This document shows, piece by piece, positions 20,762 to 32,185 of a stretch of 64,000 nt of DNA (its first letter is position 1; every line of letters starts with the position of its first letter). The stretch is from Promethearchaeota archaeon. GTDB taxonomy: Archaea > Asgardarchaeota > Lokiarchaeia > Sigyniarchaeales > SOKP01. The position numbers and the translations under genes are program-made. Below the pieces are notes generated by a model that was not told the origin of the DNA, searched no databases, and saw only the letters and a program-made list of their open reading frames with translations. The stretch lies in the NCBI GenBank assembly GCA_019058365.1, contig JAHPZE010000003.1, positions 32,001 to 96,000 of the forward strand, given 5' to 3'.

Positions 20762-21970
20762 TTGACTACAACTAAAGAGAAACGAAAAAAAGAAGAAACT
20801 AAGGATGGAGAATATCTTATAACTTATACTAGACATTTAGAGAAACGACTTAGAAATTTGGAGACAGAAAAACAATTATTAGATGCAGAGCGTTTAAGAT
20901 TAGAACAAGAATTACATAGTCTAAGAAATGAAATTGATAGATTAAGAGAACCACCATTAGTATCTGCAACTATCATTGATTTTTTAGACGAAAAAGGGAG
21001 AGCAATTGTAAAAAGTTCAACAGGACCAAGTTTTGTTGTTAATAGTAGTAGAAAAGTGAAAAATGAAAAACTAGCACCTGGAACAAGGGTAGCTTTAAAT
21101 CAAAGAACTTTTGCGATTATGGAGGTCCTTCCTACTAAATTAGATCCTTTTGTTAAAGGTATGGAAGTAATTGATTCAATTCCAGACATATCATATGTAG
21201 ATGTCGGAGGATTGGAAGACCAAATGCAAGAAGTAAGAGAAACTGTAGAATTACCTTTAAAAAAGCCAGAATTATTTAAAAAAATTGGGATTGAACCACC
21301 TAAAGGAGTTTTGCTATTTGGTCCACCAGGTACTGGAAAAACTTTATTAGCAAAGGCAGTTGCGCATGAAACGGAAGCAACGTTTATAAGAATTATCGGA
21401 TCTGAATTAGTACAAAAATTTATCGGTGAAGGAGCACGTTTAGTAAGAGAGATCTTTAATTTAGCAAAAGAAAAAGCCCCTACAATATTATTTATAGATG
21501 AATTAGATGCAATAGGATCCCAAAGACTTAAGATTGCTACATCTGGAGATAGAGAAGTTCAAAGAACTCTTATGCAATTATTAAGTGAATTAGATGGATT
21601 TGAACAAAGAGGAGATGTAAAAATCATTGGTGCAACAAATAGAGTAGATATTTTAGATCCTGCACTATTGAGACCAGGAAGATTTGATCGTATGATTGAA
21701 TTTCCCATTCCTGATGAGGTAGCTCGAGAGGCAATATTTAAAATACACTCGAGAAATTTACGTATCGAAGAGAATATTGAATTTAAACGATTAGTAAATC
21801 TCACAGAGGGAGCTACTGGTGCTGATATTAAAGCAATTTGTACAGAAGCGGGAATGTTTGCAATTAGAAAAGATGCGGATATGATTATCAATAAAGATTT
21901 TATTGACGCTATAAGTAAAGTAATGAATAAAGTTAAAGGTCAAATGGTAGAATCCCGACTTTACTCTTAA
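20762..21970 (+). CDS. pan: Proteasome-activating nucleotidase
   Basis: Coiled coil, OB fold, [21 protein letters not shown] and C-terminal HbYX (LYS). Confidence 0.97.
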   Translation: MTTTKEKRKKEETKDGEYLITYTRHLEKRLRNLETEKQLLDAERLRLEQELHSLRNEIDRLREPPLVSATIIDFLDEKGRAIVKSSTGPSFVVNSSRKVKNEKLAPGTRVALNQRTFAIMEVLPTKLDPFVKGMEVIDSIPDISYVDVGGLEDQMQEVRETVELPLKKPELFKKIGIEPPKGVLLFGPPGTGKTLLAKAVAHETEATFIRIIGSELVQKFIGEGARLVREIFNLAKEKAPTILFIDELDAIGSQRLKIATSGDREVQRTLMQLLSELDGFEQRGDVKIIGATNRVDILDPALLRPGRFDRMIEFPIPDEVAREAIFKIHSRNLRIEENIEFKRLVNLTEGATGADIKAICTEAGMFAIRKDADMIINKDFIDAISKVMNKVKGQMVESRLYS

Positions 21971-22043
21971 ATTGTGATTTAAACAATCTATTTATGTTCT
22001 ACTTTCTTTTTCTAAAATAAATATTATTTTTAATTATTGATCT

Positions 22044-22535
22044 ATGGAAACTGAATTATTATTAGGTTTAAGACAAATTAAAGCAATTTCAGATTATCAA
22101 TTTGGTAATGAAATTACTGATCTTCTTTTTGATGAAATTGATCAGATAAGTATAGAAAGATCACCAAATACTAATAAAATCAGATATATCTATTATAATG
22201 ATAATCTATTACTTACCTTAAGACCCACAAATGGTTTTTTTACTTTAACTCTCTTTTCCGCTGCTAAAATAATTAATAATACTATGTCTCCAAAGCTAAG
22301 AGTTATTGTTTTAAATGATATTTCAGAATTTATAAAAAAGGGAAGAAATGTTTTCTGTAAACATGTTGTTAGAATTGATGAAAATTTAAGACCTTTGGAT
22401 GAGGTAATTATCGTAAATCAAGAGGATGAATTGCTGGGTATTGGTAAGTTAAAAATTCCTGTTAATTATATAAAATCATTTTCTAGTGGTATTGCAGTTA
22501 ACGTAAGAAAAGGTATTCATAAATTAAAAATTTAA
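22044..22535 (+). CDS. PUA-domain protein resembling the ArcTGT C-terminal region
   Basis: DYQFG, GRNVFCKHV, DEVIIV and AVNVRKG. Confidence 0.85.
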   Translation: METELLLGLRQIKAISDYQFGNEITDLLFDEIDQISIERSPNTNKIRYIYYNDNLLLTLRPTNGFFTLTLFSAAKIINNTMSPKLRVIVLNDISEFIKKGRNVFCKHVVRIDENLRPLDEVIIVNQEDELLGIGKLKIPVNYIKSFSSGIAVNVRKGIHKLKI

Positions 22536-22587
22536 ATTTTGAATAATTATATATTTTAAGAAAAAAGGTTTTTTAACGTGAAATAAA

Positions 22588-23067
22588 GTGGTAAAATTAC
22601 CAAAGGAAATGCAAAATAAAGAAAAAAGTAAACCCAAACGCCCACAACCAGTTAAAGCGCGAGAAGGTCAACAATTTGGATCAAGACAGATGCGTAGAAA
22701 AATGGCTCAACAGGGTATAGATATGGAACCTGTCGATGCTACTCGAGTTATAATAGAGGGAGTAGAAAAATCATTGATAATAGAACAACCCGAAGTGGTT
22801 AGAATGAAACAAGCAGGTCAAGAGATATATCAAATAATAGGTCAAGCTGAAGAAGTTTCTCCAGAGTGTATTTCAATCAAAAGTGATGATACGTATATGG
22901 AGTTGGAACCCAGTGAAGAATCTGAGGTAAAACCCACAATCACTGAAAATGATATTATGCTAGTGGCTACTCAAGCAAATGTAGATAAAAATGAAGCAGA
23001 GTCTATATTAAAAGAATGCAATGGAGATATCGCTAAAGCGATTTTATTTTTAAAGAATAGACCTTAA
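22588..23067 (+). CDS. nac: Nascent polypeptide-associated complex protein
   Basis: RQMRRKM, NAC domain and C-terminal UBA (GDIAKAIL). Confidence 0.92.
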   Translation: MVKLPKEMQNKEKSKPKRPQPVKAREGQQFGSRQMRRKMAQQGIDMEPVDATRVIIEGVEKSLIIEQPEVVRMKQAGQEIYQIIGQAEEVSPECISIKSDDTYMELEPSEESEVKPTITENDIMLVATQANVDKNEAESILKECNGDIAKAILFLKNRP

Positions 23068-23145
23068 TATCGAAGCATTATTCAAATAATAAAGATTAAG
23101 AGTTATAAAATTTTTATAATCAAAAAGTACGAATTTTGATTTTAT

Positions 23146-23499
23146 ATGTCGAAAATTAAGAAGAAACATAGTGAAGATCTTACAATTATTTCAGATTTGG
23201 ATATTATATTTGAGAAAATCATTCAATTTTCAGGTTGGTTGTTTTTATTAGTTCTTGTGGGTTTTATGGGTGCTTGGATATTTTTTGATACTGTTTTAAA
23301 AATAGTAGATTTGGAATTAACAGCCATGACCTATTCTTTTATTATATTTATTGGAACAAACTCAGCAATTAGTTTTGCTTTAGCCACAAAGATAAAAAAC
23401 AATAGAGATAAGAAAAAACAATTTTTTCACGATTGGTTGTTAGGAGAATTTATGTTCTGTATGTTAACGGTTTTTGCTATTGCTATTTATCAATGGTAA
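23146..23499 (+). CDS. Hypothetical three-TM membrane protein
   Basis: Hydrophobic segments only. Confidence 0.65.
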   Translation: MSKIKKKHSEDLTIISDLDIIFEKIIQFSGWLFLLVLVGFMGAWIFFDTVLKIVDLELTAMTYSFIIFIGTNSAISFALATKIKNNRDKKKQFFHDWLLGEFMFCMLTVFAIAIYQW

Positions 23500-23946
23500 A
23501 TTCTTATTTAAGAAGTTTTTCTTTATTATAAAGGTACTTTCAGTTGTTGCAATGCTTTTTTTTAAATACACTTAATCTTAATTCTTATTAAATTTTAAAA
23601 GTTGAAACTAGTGAAATGTGCTAATTTACGCGACAAAAATTTCTATAAAATGTAATTAAAGAATTAATAAATTAGAAATTGAAGAGACTCCAAAGAATTA
23701 AGAATTCTTTTATAATTTTAGTAAACATGTTTTAGATTCGCAAATAAAGTATTAATAAAATAAGTTTAAATTGGAAAAACAAATAAATTTTTATATCATA
23801 AGAGGTAAAATATTAACGATAATAAGCAATTAATAATTCTCTAAATTCAGTTCATATTACCGACAAAAATTTTTAATTAAAAATAATGTTGTATTCCACT
23901 ATATTATAATAGGATGTATAAAAATTGAAAAAGAGGAAGGTTTATA

Positions 23947-26900
23947 TTGGTCTTGGTATCAGATTTAAAACCATTAAAAGATAAAGATACTGAAAAAATT
24001 AGACGTAAATATTTGACAAAATTATTACCACGAGTTTTTAGAACTGAAGGTGATGTAGTACCATTCGATCCAATAAAGATTGAACAAAGTCTTATAAATG
24101 AAACTGCTTTAACCCAAAAATCTGCGGATAAAATTACTGAATTAGTTATCAGGAGGATAATATCTTCTGGGATTAGGTTCTTATCGGGTCCTCATATTAG
24201 AGAAATTGTATGCTCAATATTATCAGAACAACATTTTGAGGACGAGCGAAAAATATATACGAGAATAGGAATGCCATTAATGGATTATGAAGCAATTTTA
24301 GAACATGGAATAGATGAAAATGCAAATCAAGATATGAATCCAGAAAGTATTCATCATTGGGCTGCAAATAGAATATCAGATGAATACGCTTTATTAAGAA
24401 TTTTAGATTCTGAAGAAGCTCATGCTCATTTATACGGTGATATTCATGTACATATGTTAAGATATTTTGATTTAAGACCATTCTGTCAGGAATGGGATCC
24501 ACGTATGATTCTAGAACATGGATTACCTCCTGTCGAGAGTTGGGCACATTGCAGTAGATCAGGACCAGCAGGAAGCTTACGTGTAGCTGTAACTCACCTC
24601 GCCAAGTGGCTTGGAATTATTCAGGGGGAATTCAGCTTACCTTACGAAGAAACTGTGCTAATTGAAGAAAATGGAATTTTATATTGGAGTAAAATTGGAA
24701 AAGTTGTAAATAACAATTTAAATTCCCTTAAAGAAATTTATACGTTTGCATTTAATCCTCGAACATTAAAAATGGAAAAACATCAAATAACTAATGTATG
24801 TAAACATAAATGCAATGAGCCCTTTTTAAAATTTAAACTTGAATATGGGCGTGAAATAACAGTAACAAAACACCATAGCTTATTTACTCTTGATGAGGGT
24901 GAAATTATTCCAATTAAAGGAGCAAATTTAAAAATTGGAGATTATATCGTTATTCCTAAGAAAATCAATTATGAGAATGAATTTCAATTTCTCAATGTTA
25001 TAGAACTAATTAAAAAATATTCTCCAAATGCATCCAAATGGTATATTAGATCAATAAAAAATAAACTTACATCAAAACAAATTGATAAACTGCGAAAGAT
25101 TGACAAATGGGCAAATCAGCACTTATATAATGATTCAATTCCTTTCAATTTCTTTTATGAATTGAATGTTAATCCTTCCATTTATAATCAGATTCAATTA
25201 GGAATAGCTCGAAGTTCTCACAGCATTCCAGCAAAGATCCCAATTACAAATGAGTTATTATTTCTTTTAGGGATTTATGTAGCTGAAGGGTCAGGTTCAT
25301 ATAAACATTTCAGTTTAACACTTGGAGTTCATGAAAAGAATTTAATTAATGAATTAAAACAAGTGTTCTATTCTATATTTAGTGTTGATCTCAAAGATAG
25401 ACATCCCCATAAATCCGTTGATCAATTATCGATAGATAGTGAGCTTTTTAGGGAGCTTTTTGAAAATTTATTTCAAATTGGTCACGGTGCTGCTAATAAG
25501 AGAGTTCCTTTTTTTGTATTCGGTTTAGGAGAAGAGGGTATTCGAAGTTTTATTAGAGGGTATTTTCTTGGTGATGGTTATTGTAGAAATTCATACTTGA
25601 AAAAAGCCCGTGTTAGAAACGAAATTTCTGGAAAAACCGTAAGTAATCAACTAATAGAGGATTTAAATTTCATATTACTTAAAATAGGCATTGTCCCTTC
25701 AATTAATTATAGAGAAAACGGAAATATAATATCGATTTATGGTAAAGAATACTTAGAAATATTTTTAAAATCTTTTAGAGAAAAAGATTTAAAATGGAGG
25801 GTAGAACAAACAGAATTTGATATATCTCCTCTTCCCTTACAAGTTCCGACTAATCATTGCGGATTGCAACAGCATTATGGAAACAATACTAAATTGAATT
25901 ATGTTGAAAGAGGGTCCATTAATCAAAAACAGAGAATTGGAAGAAAAGCTCTGAGAAAAATATTAATGAAGGTTCCAAATAGTTCTTACAAGTCTCAATT
26001 AACAAAATTTTTAAAAAGTGATCTAACTGTTTTAAGAATAAAAGATATAACTGAACTTCCTAAAGAAGAATATGCTTATGATTTTGAAGTAGCTCCTAAA
26101 GGTGAATTAATTGAAAATTTTATTGGTGGTAAAGGATTAATTATTGCTCATAATTCAGGAGGTCAAGGGTATGATTATATAACTACATTTTTAGCCCCAT
26201 ATGCACGTAATCTAAGTGCTAGAGAAATAGAACAATCAATGCAATGCTTAATTTTTGAGACTAATCAAATTTTTGCTGCTAGAGGTGGGCAAGTACCTTT
26301 CACCTCCATCTCATGCACTCCTACTGTACCTGATGGTTTGTTAAATATCCCTTCTATTGGACCTCATGGAAAAGTTGTAGGAAGATATGGAGATTATAAA
26401 GAGGAATGCCTCAGACTATTTGATGCTTTAACTGATGTTTATATTCAAGGTGATCATAATGGAAAACTTTTTGCTTTTCCGAAACATGAGATTAAAATTA
26501 AAAAAGATTGGTTGTACGAATTTGAACCATCTTATTTAAAAGTAATGGAAGAAGTTGCTACCATGGGAACTCCATATTTCCTTAATATGTGCCCTAATTG
26601 GATGCCAGATGAAATCCACAGTCAATGTTGTAGAAAATTTTTAAGGGGTGATAAAATCGTCGAGCAATGCAATTTAGATCCTGAAAAGAGAAAAAAAGTA
26701 AACGTATGGGAAAATTATGTAACAATTGGTTCACTTCAAAGTGTTAGTTTAAATCTTCCTCGGTATGCTTATCTTTCAGAAAATGAATCTGATTATTTCA
26801 ATGTATTAGATGAGAAAATTGAGCTTTCTGCAAGAATTTTATTAAAAAAATGGAAATTAATGGAGAGAAGATTAAAAACAGGGCATTTGCCATTGTGTAG

Positions 26901-27603
26901 TGGTAAAATAAAAGGTAAATCAATCTTCAACTTAAAAGATCAGAATCTTTCAATAGGGTTTACTGGATTAAATGAAGCTGTAAAAAGTCTATCTGGATAT
27001 GAACTTCATGAAGATAATACTGCTTATGAGTTAGGAAAAAAGATTTTAAATTACATCGTTGCTAAATGTAATACTATGACTCAAAGAGACGGGAAGTTTT
27101 ATTCTATATGGGAGCAACCTGCAGAATCTAGTTCTGGACGTTTTGCTAGATTGGATTTAAAACATTTCCCTAAAAAAGCAATAGTGCAATCGTCTGGCAT
27201 TTCTGCTTATTATACTAATTCAGGTCACTTTAGATATGACGCAGATTTACCTTTTTTCGAACGTATAATAAAGCAAGGAGATTTGCATCCAATTATTGAG
27301 GGTGGTGTAATTACTCACATTTGGTTAGGAGAACAAAAGCCAGATCTTTATGGACTTTGGGAACTTACCAAAAACATTTGCCTTAATACAAATACTGCCT
27401 ATTTTGCTTACACAATTGATTTTATTTATTGTCCTTCATGTAGGAAAATGTTTAGAGGGACTCAATTTAATTGTCCGAAATGTAATTCTGAGAATGTAAA
27501 AGTGTATTCAAGAGTTACGGGATATTATAGTGAAGTAAATAGATATAATCCCGGAAAAAAGGCAGAATGGGAAGCTCGTAGACGCGAGCATCTTTTTTAT
27601 TAA
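23947..27603 (+). CDS. nrdD: Class III anaerobic ribonucleoside-triphosphate reductase, intein-containing
   Basis: ATP cone, QCCR active-site loop, YYTNS, CxxC...CxxC and glycyl-radical motif RVTGYY. Confidence 0.96.
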   Translation: MVLVSDLKPLKDKDTEKIRRKYLTKLLPRVFRTEGDVVPFDPIKIEQSLINETALTQKSADKITELVIRRIISSGIRFLSGPHIREIVCSILSEQHFEDERKIYTRIGMPLMDYEAILEHGIDENANQDMNPESIHHWAANRISDEYALLRILDSEEAHAHLYGDIHVHMLRYFDLRPFCQEWDPRMILEHGLPPVESWAHCSRSGPAGSLRVAVTHLAKWLGIIQGEFSLPYEETVLIEENGILYWSKIGKVVNNNLNSLKEIYTFAFNPRTLKMEKHQITNVCKHKCNEPFLKFKLEYGREITVTKHHSLFTLDEGEIIPIKGANLKIGDYIVIPKKINYENEFQFLNVIELIKKYSPNASKWYIRSIKNKLTSKQIDKLRKIDKWANQHLYNDSIPFNFFYELNVNPSIYNQIQLGIARSSHSIPAKIPITNELLFLLGIYVAEGSGSYKHFSLTLGVHEKNLINELKQVFYSIFSVDLKDRHPHKSVDQLSIDSELFRELFENLFQIGHGAANKRVPFFVFGLGEEGIRSFIRGYFLGDGYCRNSYLKKARVRNEISGKTVSNQLIEDLNFILLKIGIVPSINYRENGNIISIYGKEYLEIFLKSFREKDLKWRVEQTEFDISPLPLQVPTNHCGLQQHYGNNTKLNYVERGSINQKQRIGRKALRKILMKVPNSSYKSQLTKFLKSDLTVLRIKDITELPKEEYAYDFEVAPKGELIENFIGGKGLIIAHNSGGQGYDYITTFLAPYARNLSAREIEQSMQCLIFETNQIFAARGGQVPFTSISCTPTVPDGLLNIPSIGPHGKVVGRYGDYKEECLRLFDALTDVYIQGDHNGKLFAFPKHEIKIKKDWLYEFEPSYLKVMEEVATMGTPYFLNMCPNWMPDEIHSQCCRKFLRGDKIVEQCNLDPEKRKKVNVWENYVTIGSLQSVSLNLPRYAYLSENESDYFNVLDEKIELSARILLKKWKLMERRLKTGHLPLCSGKIKGKSIFNLKDQNLSIGFTGLNEAVKSLSGYELHEDNTAYELGKKILNYIVAKCNTMTQRDGKFYSIWEQPAESSSGRFARLDLKHFPKKAIVQSSGISAYYTNSGHFRYDADLPFFERIIKQGDLHPIIEGGVITHIWLGEQKPDLYGLWELTKNICLNTNTAYFAYTIDFIYCPSCRKMFRGTQFNCPKCNSENVKVYSRVTGYYSEVNRYNPGKKAEWEARRREHLFY
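24634..26154 (+). mobile_element. 507-aa intein with LAGLIDADG homing endonuclease in nrdD
   Basis: Junctions GEF|SLPYEE and IIAHN|SGGQG; block B VTKHHSLF; LLGIYVAEG and FIRGYFLGDG motifs. Confidence 0.93.
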
Positions 27604-27649
27604 TTTTTACTTTTCTATTTTTTAAATATTATCATATTTTATACTATAT

Positions 27650-27967
27650 ATGATTAAAGAGTATTTACTTAAAGAAGTGCAAGAAATCGTAGACAATTGG
27701 ATCCATAATCATGGGGGGTATTGGCCACCTTTATCAATGATTTGCGCTAGTATGGAAGAATTAGGAGAAGTTGCAAGAGAAATAAATTCTCTAGAAGGAT
27801 ATAAACCAAAAAAGTCAAATAATTTAGATTCTAATTTAGGACAAGAATTGGCAGATCTTCTTTTTTCTATTATATGCATTGCTAATCATTATAAAATTGA
27901 TTTAGGGAAAGAATTTAATAAAATAATTAATAAGTATTCCAATAGAGATTCAAAACGATTTAAATAA
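27650..27967 (+). CDS. MazG-like nucleotide pyrophosphohydrolase
   Basis: EELGEVAR and ELADLLF motifs. Confidence 0.9.
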   Translation: MIKEYLLKEVQEIVDNWIHNHGGYWPPLSMICASMEELGEVAREINSLEGYKPKKSNNLDSNLGQELADLLFSIICIANHYKIDLGKEFNKIINKYSNRDSKRFK

Positions 27968-28076
27968 GTTAGAGCCGTCCATAGGGAATTTCATTTGATA
28001 ATGCTATAATTTTAATTGTTTAAATTTTTCTATTTTATGAAGTAATAAGAATGAATAAGTAAGTTTTTAAGTAGCA

Positions 28077-29255
28077 ATGTTGAAAGAAGGATTGGAAAAA
28101 CAGGAAATACTAAAAATACTTGATGAAAAATTAAAAAGCGACTATTCATATAAATCAGGGTCAATTTTAGGGTCAATGTGTACTGAACCTCTAGCTATTG
28201 CCGTTGAAGTTTATATGAAATACGTTGCAAAAAATCTTGGAGATCCGGGTTTATTTTTAGGGACTGCAGATTTAGAAAAAGAATTAGTTACTGAGATTGG
28301 TGAGCTTTTTAGAGGAAAGAAAATAATAGGGACTTTCACTACGGGTGGTTCAGAAGCAAACTTAATAGCTATGAGGATTGCTAAAAAGTTAAGACCTGAT
28401 ATTGCATATCCAGAAGTAGTAGTTCCCTATTCAGCTCATTTATCTTTTGATAAAGCAGCAGATTTACTTGGAATTAAGCTTCGAAAAGCAAAATTACACG
28501 ATAATTTTGAACTTGATCTCGATCATTTTAATTCACTAATCAATAATAATACTTGTGGTGTTGTAGGAATTGCAGGGACAACTTCATTAGGTTTGATTGA
28601 TCCAATAGAAGATATTGGAAAATTAATTGAAGGCAAAAATATATTTTTTCATGTCGATGCTGCATTTGGGGGATTCATTTTACCATTTCTAAAAGAATTG
28701 AACTATCCCGTTCCTGCGTGGGACTTTTCTGTAAATTCGGTTGATTCTATAACCGCAGATCCCCATAAAATGGGTTTAGGAATCATTCCTTCAGGAGGTT
28801 TTTTTTTAAGAGATCCTTCAATTTTACAAAAAACAGGATTTGAAATTCCGTATTTAGCTGGAGGAAATTTTAAACACTTCCACATAGTGGGAACTAGATC
28901 TGGGGGAACTGTAATAGCTTTTTGGGTAATTCTAAAATCTTTAGGATTTAATGGATTTTTAGAAATCGTAAAAAATTGTATGGATAACACCCGATATTTG
29001 ACTCAACGAATAAATGAAATAAAAGGAGTAAAGTTAGCTACTAATCCAACTATAAATATTGTTGGTATTACTACTGAAAATAAAGAAAATATTTGTAAAA
29101 TTGATGAAGAATTACGAAAGAGAAATTGGATGATAGGTAAATTTGAAGATTTCAATCTTATTAGAGTGGTAATTATGCCACATGTTCAAAAAACTCATTT
29201 ACAAAATTTTACAGATGATTTAGAGAAAATTTTAAAAAAGTTAAAAATTTCTTAA
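28077..29255 (+). CDS. mfnA: PLP-dependent L-tyrosine/L-aspartate decarboxylase
   Basis: LGSMCT, NLGDPGLF, GGSEAN, HVDAAFGG and DPHKMG. Confidence 0.92.
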   Translation: MLKEGLEKQEILKILDEKLKSDYSYKSGSILGSMCTEPLAIAVEVYMKYVAKNLGDPGLFLGTADLEKELVTEIGELFRGKKIIGTFTTGGSEANLIAMRIAKKLRPDIAYPEVVVPYSAHLSFDKAADLLGIKLRKAKLHDNFELDLDHFNSLINNNTCGVVGIAGTTSLGLIDPIEDIGKLIEGKNIFFHVDAAFGGFILPFLKELNYPVPAWDFSVNSVDSITADPHKMGLGIIPSGGFFLRDPSILQKTGFEIPYLAGGNFKHFHIVGTRSGGTVIAFWVILKSLGFNGFLEIVKNCMDNTRYLTQRINEIKGVKLATNPTINIVGITTENKENICKIDEELRKRNWMIGKFEDFNLIRVVIMPHVQKTHLQNFTDDLEKILKKLKIS

Positions 29256-29391
29256 GATTCGAATAGAAGTTTTATAAAAATTACCGTTTTAATTAATATA
29301 GTTAGAAAAAAAATATATTTAGTACAAATTATTATTAAATTAATAGTAAGGTTTTTTGGGAGTTTAATTTCAAAAACTTGGAATTAAGATT

Positions 29392-30165
29392 ATGGGCAAA
29401 GAAAAAAAAACACTTGGAATAAAAACAACAAGATATTTTACAAAAAATTGTTCTAAGTGTAATTTTGAATATCCTAATTGGTTTACTAATTGCCCTAAAT
29501 GCGGAGCAGCATGGGATGATACAGAAATTATCACTACTCCAAAGGAAGCTCATAAAAAAACAATTAAAATTGTTGTAAAAATCACAGAAGAAACTTTTAA
29601 TAAAGCTATTTTTATAGTAAATTTAATTTTTAGTGCTGATCAAGGGAAATCATGGTACCAAATGGAAATGGAATCTAAAATGGACTATTACATAGCTGAA
29701 ATTGCTGAAGTTCCCATTGGTTCGATTATCATTTATTACGTCGAAGTCTGTTTAGAAGATGGAGAGAGAATAATAGAAAATAATGATAATAAATACTTTT
29801 TTTATAAAGTGGGAGTCCCAATTGGAGAAATCGAATCCGAAACTCCCAAACCAGAACGAAAAGCGTTAGAAAAAAATATTAAAGAAATCCCTATTAAACC
29901 CCAAAAGTATACTAAACCTCCCTTAGAATTATCAGCAGAAAAAACTTATGTTACTAAAGAAATGGTTGAAAAATCCACTTTAGTTCCTCAAGATCAAATT
30001 AAAGCTCCTGTAGAAGAAAATCCTTATGAATATAATAAAGTTGAACCGACAATATTTGGGAAACCTCAAACACAAATCGATCCCGAATTAAAAGTATGCA
30101 TCCATTGTAAATCAAAAATTAAAAAAATGTGGAGTATTTGTCCAATTTGTGGAAAATCGCTCTGA
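29392..30165 (+). CDS. Hypothetical protein with N- and C-terminal zinc ribbons
   Basis: CSKC/CPKC and CIHC/CPIC pairs. Confidence 0.7.
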   Translation: MGKEKKTLGIKTTRYFTKNCSKCNFEYPNWFTNCPKCGAAWDDTEIITTPKEAHKKTIKIVVKITEETFNKAIFIVNLIFSADQGKSWYQMEMESKMDYYIAEIAEVPIGSIIIYYVEVCLEDGERIIENNDNKYFFYKVGVPIGEIESETPKPERKALEKNIKEIPIKPQKYTKPPLELSAEKTYVTKEMVEKSTLVPQDQIKAPVEENPYEYNKVEPTIFGKPQTQIDPELKVCIHCKSKIKKMWSICPICGKSL

Positions 30166-30269
30166 CTTAAACGATTAAACTACCTAAATGTGAAACATAC
30201 TAAAAATTTAGAAATGCATTTTAAAAGAAGGACAGAAGATATAAAAATGACTTGATTCTAAACCATATA

Positions 30270-31889
30270 TTATAACGGGGCTCCACATTTATTACAAAAT
30301 TGATAATCGCTCGACAAAATTGCTCCACATTGTTGACAAATAATAATTTCTTTTTCTGAGGGTTTTGATACTTCTGATTGAACTGGTTTGCTTTCTATAT
30401 CTGGTATATTTGGTATAATTCTTAATTTACTAACCTCTTGAGTTTCAGATCTTTTTTTTGGTGTAAATGGCATAAAATCTGCGACTATAGGTTTCTCTGT
30501 CTCATCAGTTTTTTGACTTAAAGTTTGAAATAGAGAGGGTGTGCTTGATACTTCTGCTGTTGGGGTGGTAGGGACTGGGACTGTAGTTTTAGATTCTAAT
30601 TTTTCTTTCTTTTCTTTTTTTGGTTTTTCTTTTTTTTCTTTCTTAGCTTTTTTCATATCCTCTAATAATTTTTGTTGCCTTTCCTTTTCTTCTTGGAGTT
30701 TTTTCTCCTTCTCCGCTTTCTTTTTCTGCTTTTCAGCCTTTTTCATATCTTTCTTAGAATAAACTGGTTCTGGTAAGTTATCCATCAAAGAATCTGATTT
30801 TGTTTCTTGGGTATCTTGTGGCATTAAAAAAGGAGCACCACTTGAAGGTTTACTATCAATAGATGGTGTTACCAATGGAGATTGAAATCCTTCTGGTGCA
30901 GGAGCTGGAACTGGTACATTTGATGTAAAAGGTACTGCTTTTGGTTTATATATTTCATCTCTCCTCGTTGTAATGTTTGGTTCAGAAGGACTATGTAGTT
31001 GTTCTTCAGACAATTCATTCATTAATATTTCTTCTGGTGTTTTAAAGTCGAAAACGACGGGTTGTTTACTTGTTTTTTCAATTTGTGATTCTGGTAAAGG
31101 TATTTCTGGTTCAAATTCAGGTTCAAATATAGTTGTTGGTTCTGGAACTGGTGGAGCTTCAAACTCAAATTCAGGTTCTGGTTCAAATGTTGAACTTGGT
31201 TCAATATTTCCGGGAGATATAGGTTCTGGAACGGGTGGAGCTTCAAACTCAAATTCAGGTTCTAATTGCCTTAAAGGTGTTGGATAGGTTCCTGTTGCTG
31301 TTGTGAGAATTTGACCAGGACTGAACACAATTCCTTTTGAAATTAACTGATCGGGGACTCCTGATCCGATCATTAAACATGCAAGAATATAAAAACAATC
31401 ACCAACCCCTTCACCCGTTTTCGCTGAAGTTTCCATATAATACAAATTAAATTTACTTGTGAAATCATTAATTTCTTCAATGGAGACAGCTCTTAATTCG
31501 GTCAAATCACTTTTATTACCAACAAGGAGTAAAGGAATCTCTGTTTTAACATTCGCTCTTACTTCTTCTATCCATTGAGGAAGGTGTTCAAAGCTTGCAC
31601 CATTAGTAAGATCGAAGATCAATAATGCTCCTAAAGATCCTCTATAATACATTGGTCTAATTGAACTAAACCTCTCCTGTCCTCCGGTATCCCATATTTG
31701 AAGCTTTGCTCGTATTGAGCCTTCGACAGAATCGATATTAATTGTTTTTACGTGGAAATCTACCCCAATCGTCATTTTATAATCTTCAGTGAAAAAACCC
31801 TTACTAAATCTGAGAGTTAAAGCAGTTTTTCCGACTCCACCATCTCCTACGACAATCGATTTAAAGAGATAATCATATTCTTCAGCCAT
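30270..31889 (-). CDS. Rab-like GTPase with a long Pro/Glu-rich tail, Lys/Glu coiled coil and C-terminal zinc ribbon
   Basis: YDYLFK, GDGGVGKT, TIGVDF, WDTGGQERF, NKSD and ETSAK; CQQC...CNKC at the C-terminus. Confidence 0.92.
   Translation of the reverse strand: MAEEYDYLFKSIVVGDGGVGKTALTLRFSKGFFTEDYKMTIGVDFHVKTINIDSVEGSIRAKLQIWDTGGQERFSSIRPMYYRGSLGALLIFDLTNGASFEHLPQWIEEVRANVKTEIPLLLVGNKSDLTELRAVSIEEINDFTSKFNLYYMETSAKTGEGVGDCFYILACLMIGSGVPDQLISKGIVFSPGQILTTATGTYPTPLRQLEPEFEFEAPPVPEPISPGNIEPSSTFEPEPEFEFEAPPVPEPTTIFEPEFEPEIPLPESQIEKTSKQPVVFDFKTPEEILMNELSEEQLHSPSEPNITTRRDEIYKPKAVPFTSNVPVPAPAPEGFQSPLVTPSIDSKPSSGAPFLMPQDTQETKSDSLMDNLPEPVYSKKDMKKAEKQKKKAEKEKKLQEEKERQQKLLEDMKKAKKEKKEKPKKEKKEKLESKTTVPVPTTPTAEVSSTPSLFQTLSQKTDETEKPIVADFMPFTPKKRSETQEVSKLRIIPNIPDIESKPVQSEVSKPSEKEIIICQQCGAILSSDYQFCNKCGAPL
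31138..31263. repeat. 42-bp intragenic direct repeat (EPEFEFEAPPVPEP x2)
   Basis: 31138-31179 vs 31222-31263, one mismatch. Confidence 0.9.
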
Positions 31890-32185
31890 TACACGTCCCT
31901 ATATTACATTTCAATTTATTATATAATGAAATATTTTCTAAAATGGTCTAGCTTTTATATATTATAACTATAAATACAAATTTATAATTTTATTTATAAA
32001 ACTATATTCTGTAATTTTAATAATAACAATATAAGATATCGTAATAATATTTTTTTTTAAATTAAAAAATATTGTGAAAGTCATAAAATTTAAAGAAAAA
32101 TACTATAATTAAAATATTATTTTACGTAATCACTAAGAACTTGTTTCCTTATTAAGATGAGATTCTAATATTATATATACGAATT

